Shown here: positions 28,837 through 39,420 of the stretch, piece by piece | How the letters are laid out: every line of letters starts with the position of its first letter | Position numbering within the stretch: the stretch's first letter is position 1 | Position numbers and translations under genes: made by a program | Notes under the pieces: model-generated | The model's database searches: none | Seen by the model: the letters and a program-made list of their open reading frames with translations, nothing else | Told to the model about the DNA's origin: nothing | IMG/VR virus record: IMGVR_UViG_3300034157_000065 | Coordinates: 1-64,000 of that record | Source: a virus | Taxonomy: Duplodnaviria > Caudoviricetes | Reading direction: 5' to 3' (one strand) | DNA length: 64,000 nt

Positions 28837-30663
28837 ATGGATATATTATTAGCCGATAGATTGAGATCTTATTCTCTAGGTCACAGTATTTATAGTTTAG
28901 AAGCCTTTCATTCAGAAATCTTTGCGTTAGGTGGTTTTGAAGAATTCTTTGAAAAAAATTATGGTAATCAAAATGGTTATCTTGATGATTTAAGTCATGG
29001 TATTATCAGTCATCGTGTCAAAAAAATGAAGATATTTCATGAGGCTGTTGATGATCCAGACCGATTTAATAAAAGTGATCTAACTCACGATCTAAAAAAA
29101 TTAAACTTATTACAGGTTTTCAATCCATTTGAAAAGAATAAATTTAAAACAGGTACAGATATTATTTTTCACCAATGGCTAATGGAAGCTAAAAAACATG
29201 GTGTTGACATTACCGAAGAACACAATCGTTTTATAGCTCTACAGAAAAAAGCATTTGAATCCATTAAAAAAGTGGAGCAACATAAACGAGTGATTGATAC
29301 GGCTATTTTCAAAACTTTTGATCTTCATCAAACTTTTGATACAAGAGCCAATGATAATATTAGAATTACTAACATTATAAAACACTACTCTGATAACATG
29401 GATTATTTAACTGTTGATTCTCTTTGCAACTTAGCCAGCACAGGTGGTTATGGATTACTTGACCTTAAAAATGACTTCAATGATATAACTATGTCAATTG
29501 TTCAAAAAATTCGTCAAGAACAACCTTACGCTTATGGCTCCCTTGCAGAAACCTATTCTCAGTTTCTTAAAAATGGAACTGGCCCATTGACCGCTTTCTT
29601 CACAACTAAACTTGATAGTGCAATGGAACATAATGTTGAATTGAGTAAATCGCAATCTATTAAAAGAGCTTCATTGTTTGTGGATGGAAGTGTTTTATTC
29701 ATAGATAAAAATGACCAACACATTATCCCAGAAAATAGTCGAGAACTTAATCAATATATTACTAAATTCAATTTAGATTTAATTGATTTTAAATTTAGAA
29801 AACAACCTGTATTTGGTAAAATCTTCAAAAACAAGTTTCTTGAAGATCAAGATAATATCAATATTACTTTATCAACGGCCAATTCATTCTTACTCAATTA
29901 TGACATCTTAAAACACATTAAGTTTGATAAAAGCATTCTGGATAAAGGCTTTGAAGAGATTAACGACTATATTGAAAACTCTGTTAAAACCTATAAAGTT
30001 TATAAATACGCCAACAGTATATTAAGTTCTAAAAATAAACATTTGATGACTGAGAGTGCTTATCCTTTTTTTGAAAAATTTTATGATGAAAAACTTAAAG
30101 AAGATTTTTTACAAGATTACATTGGTAAAAAGTTAGCAATGCTTACTACCCCAGAAGAGTTTACAGCTTTTGTTAAGGATGTTCATGACAAGCTTTTTGA
30201 TTTTGGTAAGTATTCTACCATTAGTTTACTTGATTCTATTGATAAGAAGGCTATTTTGTTAACTGATAATGAATGTATTGTTCACATTGAATCTTTTGAA
30301 GAAAGTAAAAAATTGGGTACCAATAATTGGTGTATTTCGCGTGAACGTAGCTATTTTGATGATTACGTTAAATCGGATAGAAGACAATATTTCTTTTATG
30401 ATTACACCAAAGAATCAAGTGACACCATGTCAATGATTGGTATTACATTAAAAGACGATGGACATATTCGTGCGGCTCATAAAAAGAATGATGACTCTAT
30501 TGTAAATCATTCATCAATGCAAGATTTAAGACTAAAAATTATTTGTTTGGATTATGATTTCTATAAAGATAACTTAGACACTTACCTCAAAAAAGAAGTT
30601 GAAGCTGAGTTACAACAAATTGAACGTAAGAAAACAAAATCACTTAAAAATAATAGTATCTAA
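28837..30663 (+). CDS. Large protein with a C-terminal PcfJ-like domain and basic tail
   Basis: SFEESKKLGTNNWCISR...RQYFFYD; ends KKTKSLKNNSI. Confidence 0.6.
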   Translation: MDILLADRLRSYSLGHSIYSLEAFHSEIFALGGFEEFFEKNYGNQNGYLDDLSHGIISHRVKKMKIFHEAVDDPDRFNKSDLTHDLKKLNLLQVFNPFEKNKFKTGTDIIFHQWLMEAKKHGVDITEEHNRFIALQKKAFESIKKVEQHKRVIDTAIFKTFDLHQTFDTRANDNIRITNIIKHYSDNMDYLTVDSLCNLASTGGYGLLDLKNDFNDITMSIVQKIRQEQPYAYGSLAETYSQFLKNGTGPLTAFFTTKLDSAMEHNVELSKSQSIKRASLFVDGSVLFIDKNDQHIIPENSRELNQYITKFNLDLIDFKFRKQPVFGKIFKNKFLEDQDNINITLSTANSFLLNYDILKHIKFDKSILDKGFEEINDYIENSVKTYKVYKYANSILSSKNKHLMTESAYPFFEKFYDEKLKEDFLQDYIGKKLAMLTTPEEFTAFVKDVHDKLFDFGKYSTISLLDSIDKKAILLTDNECIVHIESFEESKKLGTNNWCISRERSYFDDYVKSDRRQYFFYDYTKESSDTMSMIGITLKDDGHIRAAHKKNDDSIVNHSSMQDLRLKIICLDYDFYKDNLDTYLKKEVEAELQQIERKKTKSLKNNSI

Positions 30664-30674
30664 TTGAGGAATAT

Positions 30675-32393
30675 ATGGAAATTAATGATTATTTAAAAAT
30701 AGCCAATGAATATGCAGTGAAACATAATAAAACTGATGACTTTATTGTGATGGGACTTTATAAACTCATTCAAGAAACTGATTTAAACCGTGTTTATGCT
30801 CACAGTTTGTTAAGTCAGTATGGTGACAATTCATTTGGGTTAACGACATCACAAAGCAACCCAAGCTCACATGGAGTTCAAACAGTGACACGTATTATCA
30901 CTGATCCATCAGGTAAAACTGGCACTACCAGTTATTCTGTTGATAGAGATAAAAACAATAATATACGTGATGTTTTTTTTGGACATGAACAAGATCATGA
31001 TTTGGTTAGACGATTTAATGACGACTTACAAAATGTAGAGAGCCTGTTTGATCTAAAAGATGTCTATACCTTTGATGAGATAACCCGTATTAAACATTTG
31101 ACATTAGCATCTCTTTCAACAGGGCTTGCATTAGAGTTAATCTCTCAAAATAATGAATCATTTGAAACTGGAATATATAATGCTATTCAAAGTTCATATC
31201 GCAATCAAATCTCTCTGGTTGAGGATGTGAATTATGGTAAAAGTCAAAAATTTGAATTTTTTTCACAAGATCCACTGTATGAATTGCTTCATGCAAAAAA
31301 AGAATTCCCTTTCACACCTGATGATTTTTTTGAACAACTCAATCCTACCGCACAAGCAAAAATTATTGATATATCTGGCTTTGGTCATATTACTTTTATT
31401 GAAGAAGTTTTTCAAGATTTGATAGACAGTGACTCGCCTTTTATTACGGATTCGTTTGTTGGATCTTTATTTACAATGGATTCACTTCGTGATGTGATTA
31501 TTTCTTATTATGACTATAATGAATTAGATGATCTTAAATTTGAATTTAGTTTGATGGCTGACCGTTTTCTATCTAATCCAACCATTGAACAGCTTATAGA
31601 ACATGATGAAAAATTTGCTAATGTTGATGACATGTTGATGGAAGTTTATGCAAAACACCCAGAAATAAATTATTCTATTCAAGACATATCCATCATTACA
31701 GATAAAGAGATAGCTAATCGCAAGGAAGTGATAGAACATCAAGTGGATAAATTCCATATGTATGAATCAGCAAGAGAAATTAGCGATCTTGGTCCAAGTC
31801 ACAATGATAGACGTGACTTCTTATCAAAGTTTAAATTATATGGTTCAGATATTTTAAAAGAAGGTGAATACAGAATGCGTTTTATTTCTAGTAATCAGTT
31901 TGCTGCAGATGCTGTATTGTCAGCTAGTTTTTATTTTGATGAAGCCATTCATAATGAAATATTGATTGACTCTGTTTCTATTAATCCACAATTGTCTGAT
32001 GAGCATATTTCTGAACTTTTTGAAGCTGTCGTAGATTATGCACAAAAAAATAAAAGTATTATTATGTTGACATATGATAAAGACTCACCTTGGGGTGGTA
32101 TCGACAAAACACGTTTAATAAACATTGTAAATACTGTGGTTGATCAGTCTATTGATAATGTTCCTTTTCTTTGTAATTTTGGCATAGAAAAAGATAGACA
32201 TCACTATGCTTGCAACTACCTAGTTAACATGAATGGTATGAAATATGAAGAGTTACCAAAATTATTTGAGAAATTGAAAACGTTTATTGATAGTAATCCT
32301 GAACTTGATGATTTACAGCTTGAATTAAAAATGGACGAATTCATTGCAAAAGAACGAAATAAATTAAAATCCGACAATAAAGCATCCATTTAA
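30675..32393 (+). CDS. Large acidic protein, possible degenerate GNAT-like C-terminal region, basic tail
   Basis: LIDSVSINPQ...LFEAVVDYAQKN; ends KERNKLKSDNKASI. Confidence 0.55.
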   Translation: MEINDYLKIANEYAVKHNKTDDFIVMGLYKLIQETDLNRVYAHSLLSQYGDNSFGLTTSQSNPSSHGVQTVTRIITDPSGKTGTTSYSVDRDKNNNIRDVFFGHEQDHDLVRRFNDDLQNVESLFDLKDVYTFDEITRIKHLTLASLSTGLALELISQNNESFETGIYNAIQSSYRNQISLVEDVNYGKSQKFEFFSQDPLYELLHAKKEFPFTPDDFFEQLNPTAQAKIIDISGFGHITFIEEVFQDLIDSDSPFITDSFVGSLFTMDSLRDVIISYYDYNELDDLKFEFSLMADRFLSNPTIEQLIEHDEKFANVDDMLMEVYAKHPEINYSIQDISIITDKEIANRKEVIEHQVDKFHMYESAREISDLGPSHNDRRDFLSKFKLYGSDILKEGEYRMRFISSNQFAADAVLSASFYFDEAIHNEILIDSVSINPQLSDEHISELFEAVVDYAQKNKSIIMLTYDKDSPWGGIDKTRLINIVNTVVDQSIDNVPFLCNFGIEKDRHHYACNYLVNMNGMKYEELPKLFEKLKTFIDSNPELDDLQLELKMDEFIAKERNKLKSDNKASI

Positions 32394-32448
32394 TTGATAC
32401 AAAAAAAAAAGAGAACATCAAGTTCTCTTTTTATATCTCTATCTAGAA

Positions 32449-32826
32449 TTAGCCGATTTGAGAAACAATTGTCAGCGTTGGTTCTTTACTGACCACACCA
32501 TATTTTTCAAGCAATGGGATAGCAAACTCATTGTAGATCTCCAATGTTTCCATCAATGTTTCTGTGGTATCTGATGATTTGTTGAGATACTGCTTAATTT
32601 CATTTCGATCTTCAGTAATAGCGACACCCAGAAAATGTGGGATTGATTTATCTTCATCATAAACATAACCGACTTCTCGATACATGTTCTGACTGTCAGT
32701 AAACATAAAGACTTCATTATCTTCATCATACTTTTCGTCTTCATAAATATCTTTATACAATGCTGTCGCTTGAGTGTGAGTTAACGGAACGGCTAGAATT
32801 AAAATATCTGTCTTGTTTACGCTCAT
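32449..32826 (-). CDS. Hypothetical protein
   Basis: AGGAG RBS. Confidence 0.7.
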   Translation of the reverse strand: MSVNKTDILILAVPLTHTQATALYKDIYEDEKYDEDNEVFMFTDSQNMYREVGYVYDEDKSIPHFLGVAITEDRNEIKQYLNKSSDTTETLMETLEIYNEFAIPLLEKYGVVSKEPTLTIVSQIG

Positions 32827-33004
32827 AATGAGTCTCCTATGTTAAAAATAATTAGCTCCTAATCATACTCAAAATAAGTATATAAGTCAAAGTATTTTTA
32901 TAACAAAATCATGTCTTTTTTATCTATTTTTTCATTGATTTTTTCTTTTACACTCAATATTTTTATGGTATAATGGATTTATCGAAAACAACGAGGGTTT
33001 AACC

Positions 33005-33202
33005 ATGCCAAAGCAAACCATTGATGTGTCCAAAATCGCCTGCCAACTTGACGAAAAAACAGTCGAGATCACCAAGATTGACGAACTGATTGCTCGTGAA
33101 AAGAAAGAAAGTTGCATTGAGACTTTTAAAGTCGCTCGTAAAATCGCTTTCAAAGAAATGAAAAAACTTCAAAAAATCATTCAAAAACAAGTTGCCGCTT
33201 AA
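33005..33202 (+). CDS. Small basic helical protein
   Basis: GAGG RBS, promoter upstream, biased codons. Confidence 0.7.
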   Translation: MPKQTIDVSKIACQLDEKTVEITKIDELIAREKKESCIETFKVARKIAFKEMKKLQKIIQKQVAA

Positions 33203-33205
33203 CTT

Positions 33206-33982
33206 ATGTCACTGTTTGACATTTATGAAAAAAGCAAAAGCAGGGTTTCGCTGAGTGCGGAGCAATGCTTGTACTTTAAAAATGTGCTTGTACAAAAATT
33301 ATCACTTATCAACAACAATTCATTGCTTACATTTGAACAACTTTATAATCGTCTTCATTTTTTTGAGCATAAAACCACTATCTACGATTTTACAGAAAAA
33401 CAAAAATTAGGTATTTCATTATCTTATCGTCTTGATAATATTAATGTTTCAATGTACGTTTATGTTAATTTTGATGATAATGGTGTTTTTAGTAGTCTTT
33501 CTTATCCAACAATGCGAATAGTTGATAAAAATATTATCACCCTTTTACATTTATTTGACTCTAACCGCGATGGAATAGCTTTATCTTTTAATCCATCCGA
33601 ATTAAATTCTGATTATATTATTGATATGTCAGGTGTTTTTTTGTTTGATTATAAGTTCGATTTTAAATTAGATTTATTTTATTATTTTTCGGATCATTTA
33701 ATCACTGCTCAACATTATGTTAGATATTGTAATAGAGGGACAATTAAATTAACAGTAGATACCTTTGATAATATTGAAGCTGAATATCTGTATGTTGATT
33801 TTGTTAATTTGTTATATTCAGGTAATTCCTATTTTTTAAATTCTTTTGTCAAGATCCCCATCAATTTTTCATCACTTAAATTGTTTAAAAAAAGCCGACA
33901 CTTATTTGATATGATTTTGAACAGTAATCACAAAGAAGTTTTGTTAGATGAATTAAAAGTCTATGAGATGGCAACTTATTAA
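33206..33982 (+). CDS. Family D member (M-x-x-Y tag)
   Basis: Shares N-terminus and NSFVK..NF with 35261..36079; ends DELKVYEMATY. Confidence 0.75.
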   Translation: MSLFDIYEKSKSRVSLSAEQCLYFKNVLVQKLSLINNNSLLTFEQLYNRLHFFEHKTTIYDFTEKQKLGISLSYRLDNINVSMYVYVNFDDNGVFSSLSYPTMRIVDKNIITLLHLFDSNRDGIALSFNPSELNSDYIIDMSGVFLFDYKFDFKLDLFYYFSDHLITAQHYVRYCNRGTIKLTVDTFDNIEAEYLYVDFVNLLYSGNSYFLNSFVKIPINFSSLKLFKKSRHLFDMILNSNHKEVLLDELKVYEMATY

Positions 33983-34045
33983 TCATTGAAATGAGTCCTA
34001 TTTTATGCTATAATTAACGATAAATTTTAATGAAGGTTTTTTAAT

Positions 34046-35251
34046 ATGTCACATTCACGCATTGATACGTTGGCTAATGTTATCCATTTGGCTCCCTATA
34101 TTGATTCATTTAACTTCAACCGAATGGAACCAGTGCGTGATGTTGGTGATATGAGTTTTTCAACTCAATATTTTGCTAGCTCACGTTATGACACCTTATC
34201 TATTATTTTTCCCAGCTTTCAAGAAAGCTTAGGGTTTATGTTTTCTGACTTTACCGATTCAGAAATTAAAATGATTGATTCTGCTCTTCAATTTTATCTT
34301 CGATTATTCCCTTATGATCCTTTATTGGACGCTATGAAAGATCCTGTCACAACTGTCTATATGCACAAACGAGACGATTCATTTCTGATGAAGTTTAAAT
34401 GCTTCTCTATTGCGTATCGCTATAATGAATGGATCTTCCAGATTAATGACAAATTTAATAAAGATAGATGTATGTTAGCGATGACTTACGATGAGCTTCA
34501 TATGGCTATACTGAGTGCGTTTGATGCTATGTTTAAGGATATCTTTATGACACACTCATTGATTGTTGATAATAACATTGTTAAGGCTGTGGCTGCCAAT
34601 CAAACCAACTTTGCTTTCTCAACGATGCGTTATAATCATACCTTTACGCATGAAAGTGATATGGACTTTGCCATGCACATTAAAAAATATAATAAATTTA
34701 GGGTGTTTGAAGATCGCCTAAGTAATGAACATATTTTTAATAAAGATGAATTGTGTGTTATTGGTAATTTTACTGTTGAAAAGAATATTATGAGTGTTTC
34801 AAAATTATCAGAAACTCAGATTACTATTCATAATGAGTCTGTTCATTTGTTAGATCATTTATTTAAAGTTTCGCTAAGACCTACAGAACTTGACTATTTG
34901 AAAAACATTCTAGAATTGATGCGGCTTTCTGATAGTTGCTATCCTAATCAAAAAGATACCAAAATTAAGATTGTTCGTTCAAATAACAGTAAGAAAACTA
35001 TTTTTAATTTGATTACAGAACGTTGCCCTTTTACTTTCAGAACTGGACGACACAGTATTACTATTGGTTCTTATATTTCCGTAGGGATTTATATTGAAGA
35101 CGAATACACTTCATTGAAACTACCCTCTTTTGAGGCGGCTTATGAAGCTTGTTATAAAAAATTCATTACACATGTAAGTAAAACGTTAGACATTAAACCA
35201 GAAGATGTGACTGAGCTTCATTTTAAAACACTTGAAATGTCTAATTATTAG
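34046..35251 (+). CDS. Hypothetical protein (M-x-x-Y tag)
   Basis: Ends LDIKPEDVTELHFKTLEMSNY. Confidence 0.8.
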   Translation: MSHSRIDTLANVIHLAPYIDSFNFNRMEPVRDVGDMSFSTQYFASSRYDTLSIIFPSFQESLGFMFSDFTDSEIKMIDSALQFYLRLFPYDPLLDAMKDPVTTVYMHKRDDSFLMKFKCFSIAYRYNEWIFQINDKFNKDRCMLAMTYDELHMAILSAFDAMFKDIFMTHSLIVDNNIVKAVAANQTNFAFSTMRYNHTFTHESDMDFAMHIKKYNKFRVFEDRLSNEHIFNKDELCVIGNFTVEKNIMSVSKLSETQITIHNESVHLLDHLFKVSLRPTELDYLKNILELMRLSDSCYPNQKDTKIKIVRSNNSKKTIFNLITERCPFTFRTGRHSITIGSYISVGIYIEDEYTSLKLPSFEAAYEACYKKFITHVSKTLDIKPEDVTELHFKTLEMSNY

Positions 35252-35260
35252 GAGAGTATT

Positions 35261-36079
35261 ATGATTGGCGAAATGTTTCTTTTTGAAAAATTTAATATCA
35301 GTTCTTTAAAGACTTCATTAACTGAAAAACAAGTGGCTTCTTTTACCAAAAGATTGACAGAATTGTTGTTTAAATTTAATAACAATCCTGCAATTACAAT
35401 GGATTACTTGGTAGAAAACTTAAAAATCACTGAATCATCAGCTAAATTTAGTAAAAATGACAATCCATCTCGGCCTTTTATTTTTATTGATATTGATTTT
35501 ATGTTAGCGAATACATTGATTGAAGTTCGTATCTCTGCTGAATTCAATAGTGCTTGTTGCCGTATTCCGTTAACTTATTACAAGTATGATATTGCCATTC
35601 AAAAAACAGAACATTCTGGATTATTCACTTTGTTGAATATGTATAAGCCCGGTGTTGGAACTAATTATTTTTATTTTGGCTCATTTAGGGATGACTCCGT
35701 TTATACAGTGACTACAAAAAATGCATTTAAATTTCAACATTACTTTGTTAAGACGACTCGTAACAGATTTCACATAGAATATGTCATTAAGAAAAACAAG
35801 ATTGTATCCAGTCAAATCATTGATGATGAAAATGATGAATATCTCAAGTATGACAATAAGCCACTTTCAGCCCATGATGAAACACTGTTCATCCATTTTG
35901 CAAATGCCGCCTATACAAAAGAGTCTGAATTTGTTAACTCTTTTGTTAAAGGTAGCGTTAATTTTAAAGACATGAAATGTTTTGCTCAGCTAAAAAAGAT
36001 GTTTTTAGACATTTACACAGGTGAACATCGTGAAAGACTTATTGATGAATTGCTAGTCTTTCAGATGGTGGATATTTAA
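35261..36079 (+). CDS. Family D member (M-x-x-I tag)
   Basis: Ends DELLVFQMVDI. Confidence 0.75.
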   Translation: MIGEMFLFEKFNISSLKTSLTEKQVASFTKRLTELLFKFNNNPAITMDYLVENLKITESSAKFSKNDNPSRPFIFIDIDFMLANTLIEVRISAEFNSACCRIPLTYYKYDIAIQKTEHSGLFTLLNMYKPGVGTNYFYFGSFRDDSVYTVTTKNAFKFQHYFVKTTRNRFHIEYVIKKNKIVSSQIIDDENDEYLKYDNKPLSAHDETLFIHFANAAYTKESEFVNSFVKGSVNFKDMKCFAQLKKMFLDIYTGEHRERLIDELLVFQMVDI

Positions 36080-36081
36080 GG

Positions 36082-36110
36082 TTGATTCAGAATGCCAATT
36101 GTAGTATAAT
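36082..36110 (+). promoter_or_regulatory. sigma70 promoter
   Basis: TTGATT-17 nt-TATAAT. Confidence 0.75.
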
Positions 36111-36139
36111 AGATCAATTCAAATACAGAGGCTTTCATC

Positions 36140-36631
36140 ATGGAAAAGCGTTGGGTCAATACAAATCAGGAAGCGATTAATAAAGCATTCATGTCTTATG
36201 CTCGCCATACTTTTTCCAAATATAAAGGAAATGTGTGTGCTGAAACCTATGCAGAGATTGATAAACAGGGCCGTCTAGCTTATGTTTATGAGGTGTCCAA
36301 CCATTTTCAGTCGTCTTGGTCTAATTCCGATGTATTGACGAATGACAAGAAGTTTTATCCAGAAGAACTAGATACGGTCGTTCGTTTCTATGTGGGCTTA
36401 GTTGTTCCACGTTTGAAAAAATTACAAGTGGCTGCTATTGCTGAGCGGGTTAAATGGGTGATGGTTGAAAGTCATCATTCTAATTCCTCTGACTGGTATA
36501 CCACTATTTCTTTTGATGCGAAAAGTATTCATTTGACGAAAGTAATCGAAATTGCCACTCAGTATTTGAAAGATAACTTGATGTATAGAGAAAAAACAGA
36601 ATACACAAAAAAAGCTTTACCTGCTGTCTAA
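36140..36631 (+). CDS. Hypothetical protein
   Basis: GAGG RBS. Confidence 0.75.
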   Translation: MEKRWVNTNQEAINKAFMSYARHTFSKYKGNVCAETYAEIDKQGRLAYVYEVSNHFQSSWSNSDVLTNDKKFYPEELDTVVRFYVGLVVPRLKKLQVAAIAERVKWVMVESHHSNSSDWYTTISFDAKSIHLTKVIEIATQYLKDNLMYREKTEYTKKALPAV

Positions 36632-36681
36632 AATTTGCTATAATTCAATCTCAAATCAAACAACACTTGGAGTTTTACACT

Positions 36682-36870
36682 ATGACAACTACACCTACTG
36701 CTCGTAAATTTGGCCCAAAAGAACTGGTTAAAACTCGTAATGGTTGGACTGGCCGTGTAGCTGCTTCTTATAAAGAAGATGGCGTAGTTCAATATGTGCT
36801 CAGCGAAATTAATACGGGTGAATCGAAGACTGTCGCAGAGAAAGACCTGCAGCGTGTTGCCATCGGTTAA
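36682..36870 (+). CDS. Small SH3/KOW-like protein
   Basis: KFGPKELVKTRNGWTGRV; GGAG RBS; terminator at ~36883-36913. Confidence 0.7.
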   Translation: MTTTPTARKFGPKELVKTRNGWTGRVAASYKEDGVVQYVLSEINTGESKTVAEKDLQRVAIG

Positions 36871-37133
36871 AGAAACCAACACAAAAAAGATCCTCTTCGG
36901 GGGATTTTTTTTTATTTAAAATTTTGTTAAATCACCACCTTCCTACTCGCTTTTGTTCGTTTAATGATTAAAGAATATTTTAAACAAATAGATCAAACTA
37001 TTTTATATATATTTATTTATAAATAGTCGAAAAACATGACAAAATATAATTTTTTTCTTGTGATATTGTTTGACAATATATAAATGGAGGCATAAAATGA
37101 AATTAAGGATAACTACTCCTATGGAGGCACAAT

Positions 37134-37592
37134 ATGTCTAAGACTTTTAATCAATTGCTTATTGAGGACGTTCTAGAAAGTGACAACAAAGAGTTCTTTA
37201 AACTGGTGGCTTGTCACAACAAGACAAGATTAAGATGGCAAACAGGTATCTTCTTCTTCGTTATTTTTGGATATCTCATTCAACGTTCTGTTTTCGGAAA
37301 CCCATTTCCATATCTATGGATAGCCTTGGGAATTCTGGCTCTCTTCATTCTTTTCAACTTCGCTAAACAACATTTAACATTCATTAAGTTTTTTAACTTG
37401 ACTTATCGAGTTAATCACCTCAACCATGTCTGTGATTGTGTGATTGCTGGTGATGATGAATCCATTAAGCCTGACGCACGTTGCATCAAATCAGATATTG
37501 AAAAAGGTGTTGTTGATAGTAAATATTTGGAAAAGCTATCACTTGATCGTAAACACCTAGAAGAATATATTGATCAAAAATATGGTGATTAA
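37134..37592 (+). CDS. 2-TM membrane protein
   Basis: GGAGG RBS; two hydrophobic helices. Confidence 0.75.
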   Translation: MSKTFNQLLIEDVLESDNKEFFKLVACHNKTRLRWQTGIFFFVIFGYLIQRSVFGNPFPYLWIALGILALFILFNFAKQHLTFIKFFNLTYRVNHLNHVCDCVIAGDDESIKPDARCIKSDIEKGVVDSKYLEKLSLDRKHLEEYIDQKYGD

Positions 37593-37640
37593 CCATTATG
37601 TAAACCACTCACTTAGCCAGACCTTGAAAGTTTGGCTTTT

Positions 37641-38531
37641 CTATTTAAACATTGCCATGTCTAAGAAATCAATATCTCGCTGATCAAAATAATCAACCTC
37701 GTTAAAATCTTCGTTCAGTAAATTAGGTTTTATCTGATCTATTAATGCAGCAGGCACATACTTGTTTTTGTAAAAATAATGAATTTCTGTTGGCTGATGG
37801 TTTTCATCAGTTATTACAATGGCGGGTGTTATCTTTTCTTTATTAAAGTTGACATGTATGTAGACAATGATGTTTAAATTAAAATAATGATAGCACTTTA
37901 AATAGTGTTCTTTATTTTTATTGTCGCTTAATTCATCATGAAAGGCTCTCATAAAAAAATGACTATGCATGGGGATGAACGTAGCATTTTTATATTCGAC
38001 AATACTGGGTGTGTTTTCATCGTAGTAATAGGATACTTTACCATCCTCTAATTTTGTGAATATTTTTTCAGACAGCAGTATTCCATTCTTATTATTAACA
38101 AGAACATCATTAAAGCTTAGTCGCACTCTCATTTTTTCTTCGTCTACTACCAAATCCAAAAATCTATCAATGTGATCATAGTATTCATGATTGATGGCTG
38201 TTAAACCATTACCAAATAATAATTCTTTAAATTCAGATATATCAATACTTTCTTTATATTTAATTTTTCTTTTTATATCTGTATATTCGTGATATCTTGG
38301 GATGATATTGGTTAATTCATCTTCAATATCAATGTCTTCATTAACAATTAATGGTAATTTCATGTCGTTAGCTTGTTTAAGTTCTTCATATTTATTCTCG
38401 GGTGAAACATATATTTCTGTTTTCGATGGGGCACTTGGCATTATTGTTACTGTTCCATCATCAGCTACGAATTCAATAGGAGATTCATAGGTGACTAGCG
38501 AAATATTTTTAATGACGGTGTGTTTTGACAT
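37641..38531 (-). CDS. Family C member (tag offset by one residue)
   Basis: YYYDENTPS, PAIV, EIHYFYKN, IKPN; ends DIDFLDMAMFK. Confidence 0.8.
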   Translation of the reverse strand: MSKHTVIKNISLVTYESPIEFVADDGTVTIMPSAPSKTEIYVSPENKYEELKQANDMKLPLIVNEDIDIEDELTNIIPRYHEYTDIKRKIKYKESIDISEFKELLFGNGLTAINHEYYDHIDRFLDLVVDEEKMRVRLSFNDVLVNNKNGILLSEKIFTKLEDGKVSYYYDENTPSIVEYKNATFIPMHSHFFMRAFHDELSDNKNKEHYLKCYHYFNLNIIVYIHVNFNKEKITPAIVITDENHQPTEIHYFYKNKYVPAALIDQIKPNLLNEDFNEVDYFDQRDIDFLDMAMFK

Positions 38532-38666
38532 GAATAGCTCCAAAATATTTTGAATAATATCATAATTCAACAATAAAGTCCATTAGTATCATTGTCTATC
38601 TTAATCTTGACGCAAATTATTAAAAATGTTATAATTAGGCAATTATCCAATACAGGAGCATTCAAA

Positions 38667-38852
38667 ATGTCTTCAAGAGCTGAGCGATTCGCCAATTGTA
38701 AACACAAGAAAGTTCAAGACTTTACAGAAATCTGTCTTGAATGTGGAGAAAGCATTTATACCACTGTCTCCGAAATCAATCTGGAAGAACATCGGAAGGA
38801 ACGTAAGAACCGTGAAGGTGATTCCTTTGATAAAGATAATACTGGTTGGTAA
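38667..38852 (+). CDS. Small zinc-binding protein
   Basis: CKH...CLECG; promoter TTGACG(38607)-17 nt-TATAAT, AGGAG RBS. Confidence 0.7.
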   Translation: MSSRAERFANCKHKKVQDFTEICLECGESIYTTVSEINLEEHRKERKNREGDSFDKDNTGW

Positions 38853-38883
38853 TTGTGTAATAGACATATGAGGATTAATACTA

Positions 38884-39333
38884 ATGATTCTATCTTGTAC
38901 AAAATGTAACACTGTTCTGACCAACGATCTCTATCCAGTTAAAGACTTTGTAAAAGATCCAGTTATCGTGAATGAAATTCCTGTTGATGGGTCTGTTATT
39001 GTGGCTGCACGTTTTGAAGAAGGCGATGAATATGATCCCAATCCAACTTATTCGATCAAGAAAGGAACATTTGCGTTATTGAAACATGCAAATCCGTCTA
39101 TGCTGCAGTTCAACCAATATCGTAAAGCCAAGAACAACATACTTGTTTCACAAGAAGATATTCTTGATCAAGCTCAGTTGACCTTTGTGTCTGGCTGGGG
39201 GTGTTGTGGCAATAGCTATATTGACTTTAAATGCCCATCTTGCAGTGCCTTCTTAGGTTATCAGCACCTTGATTGCTATGACAGCAAACACATCCGCTTT
39301 TATGATAAAAACGTAACACGTCAATATAAGTAA
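38884..39333 (+). CDS. Zinc-binding protein (Yippee/Mis18-like CxxC...CxxC)
   Basis: CTKC...GCCG...CPSC...DC. Confidence 0.65.
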   Translation: MILSCTKCNTVLTNDLYPVKDFVKDPVIVNEIPVDGSVIVAARFEEGDEYDPNPTYSIKKGTFALLKHANPSMLQFNQYRKAKNNILVSQEDILDQAQLTFVSGWGCCGNSYIDFKCPSCSAFLGYQHLDCYDSKHIRFYDKNVTRQYK

Positions 39334-39420
39334 TCATTATCCTTCGTTATTCTTAAAGATATCTTCTGTTTTTATTTTTTTTGTGGTATAATGCCATTAT
39401 TAAAACAGGAGATTTCCTTC

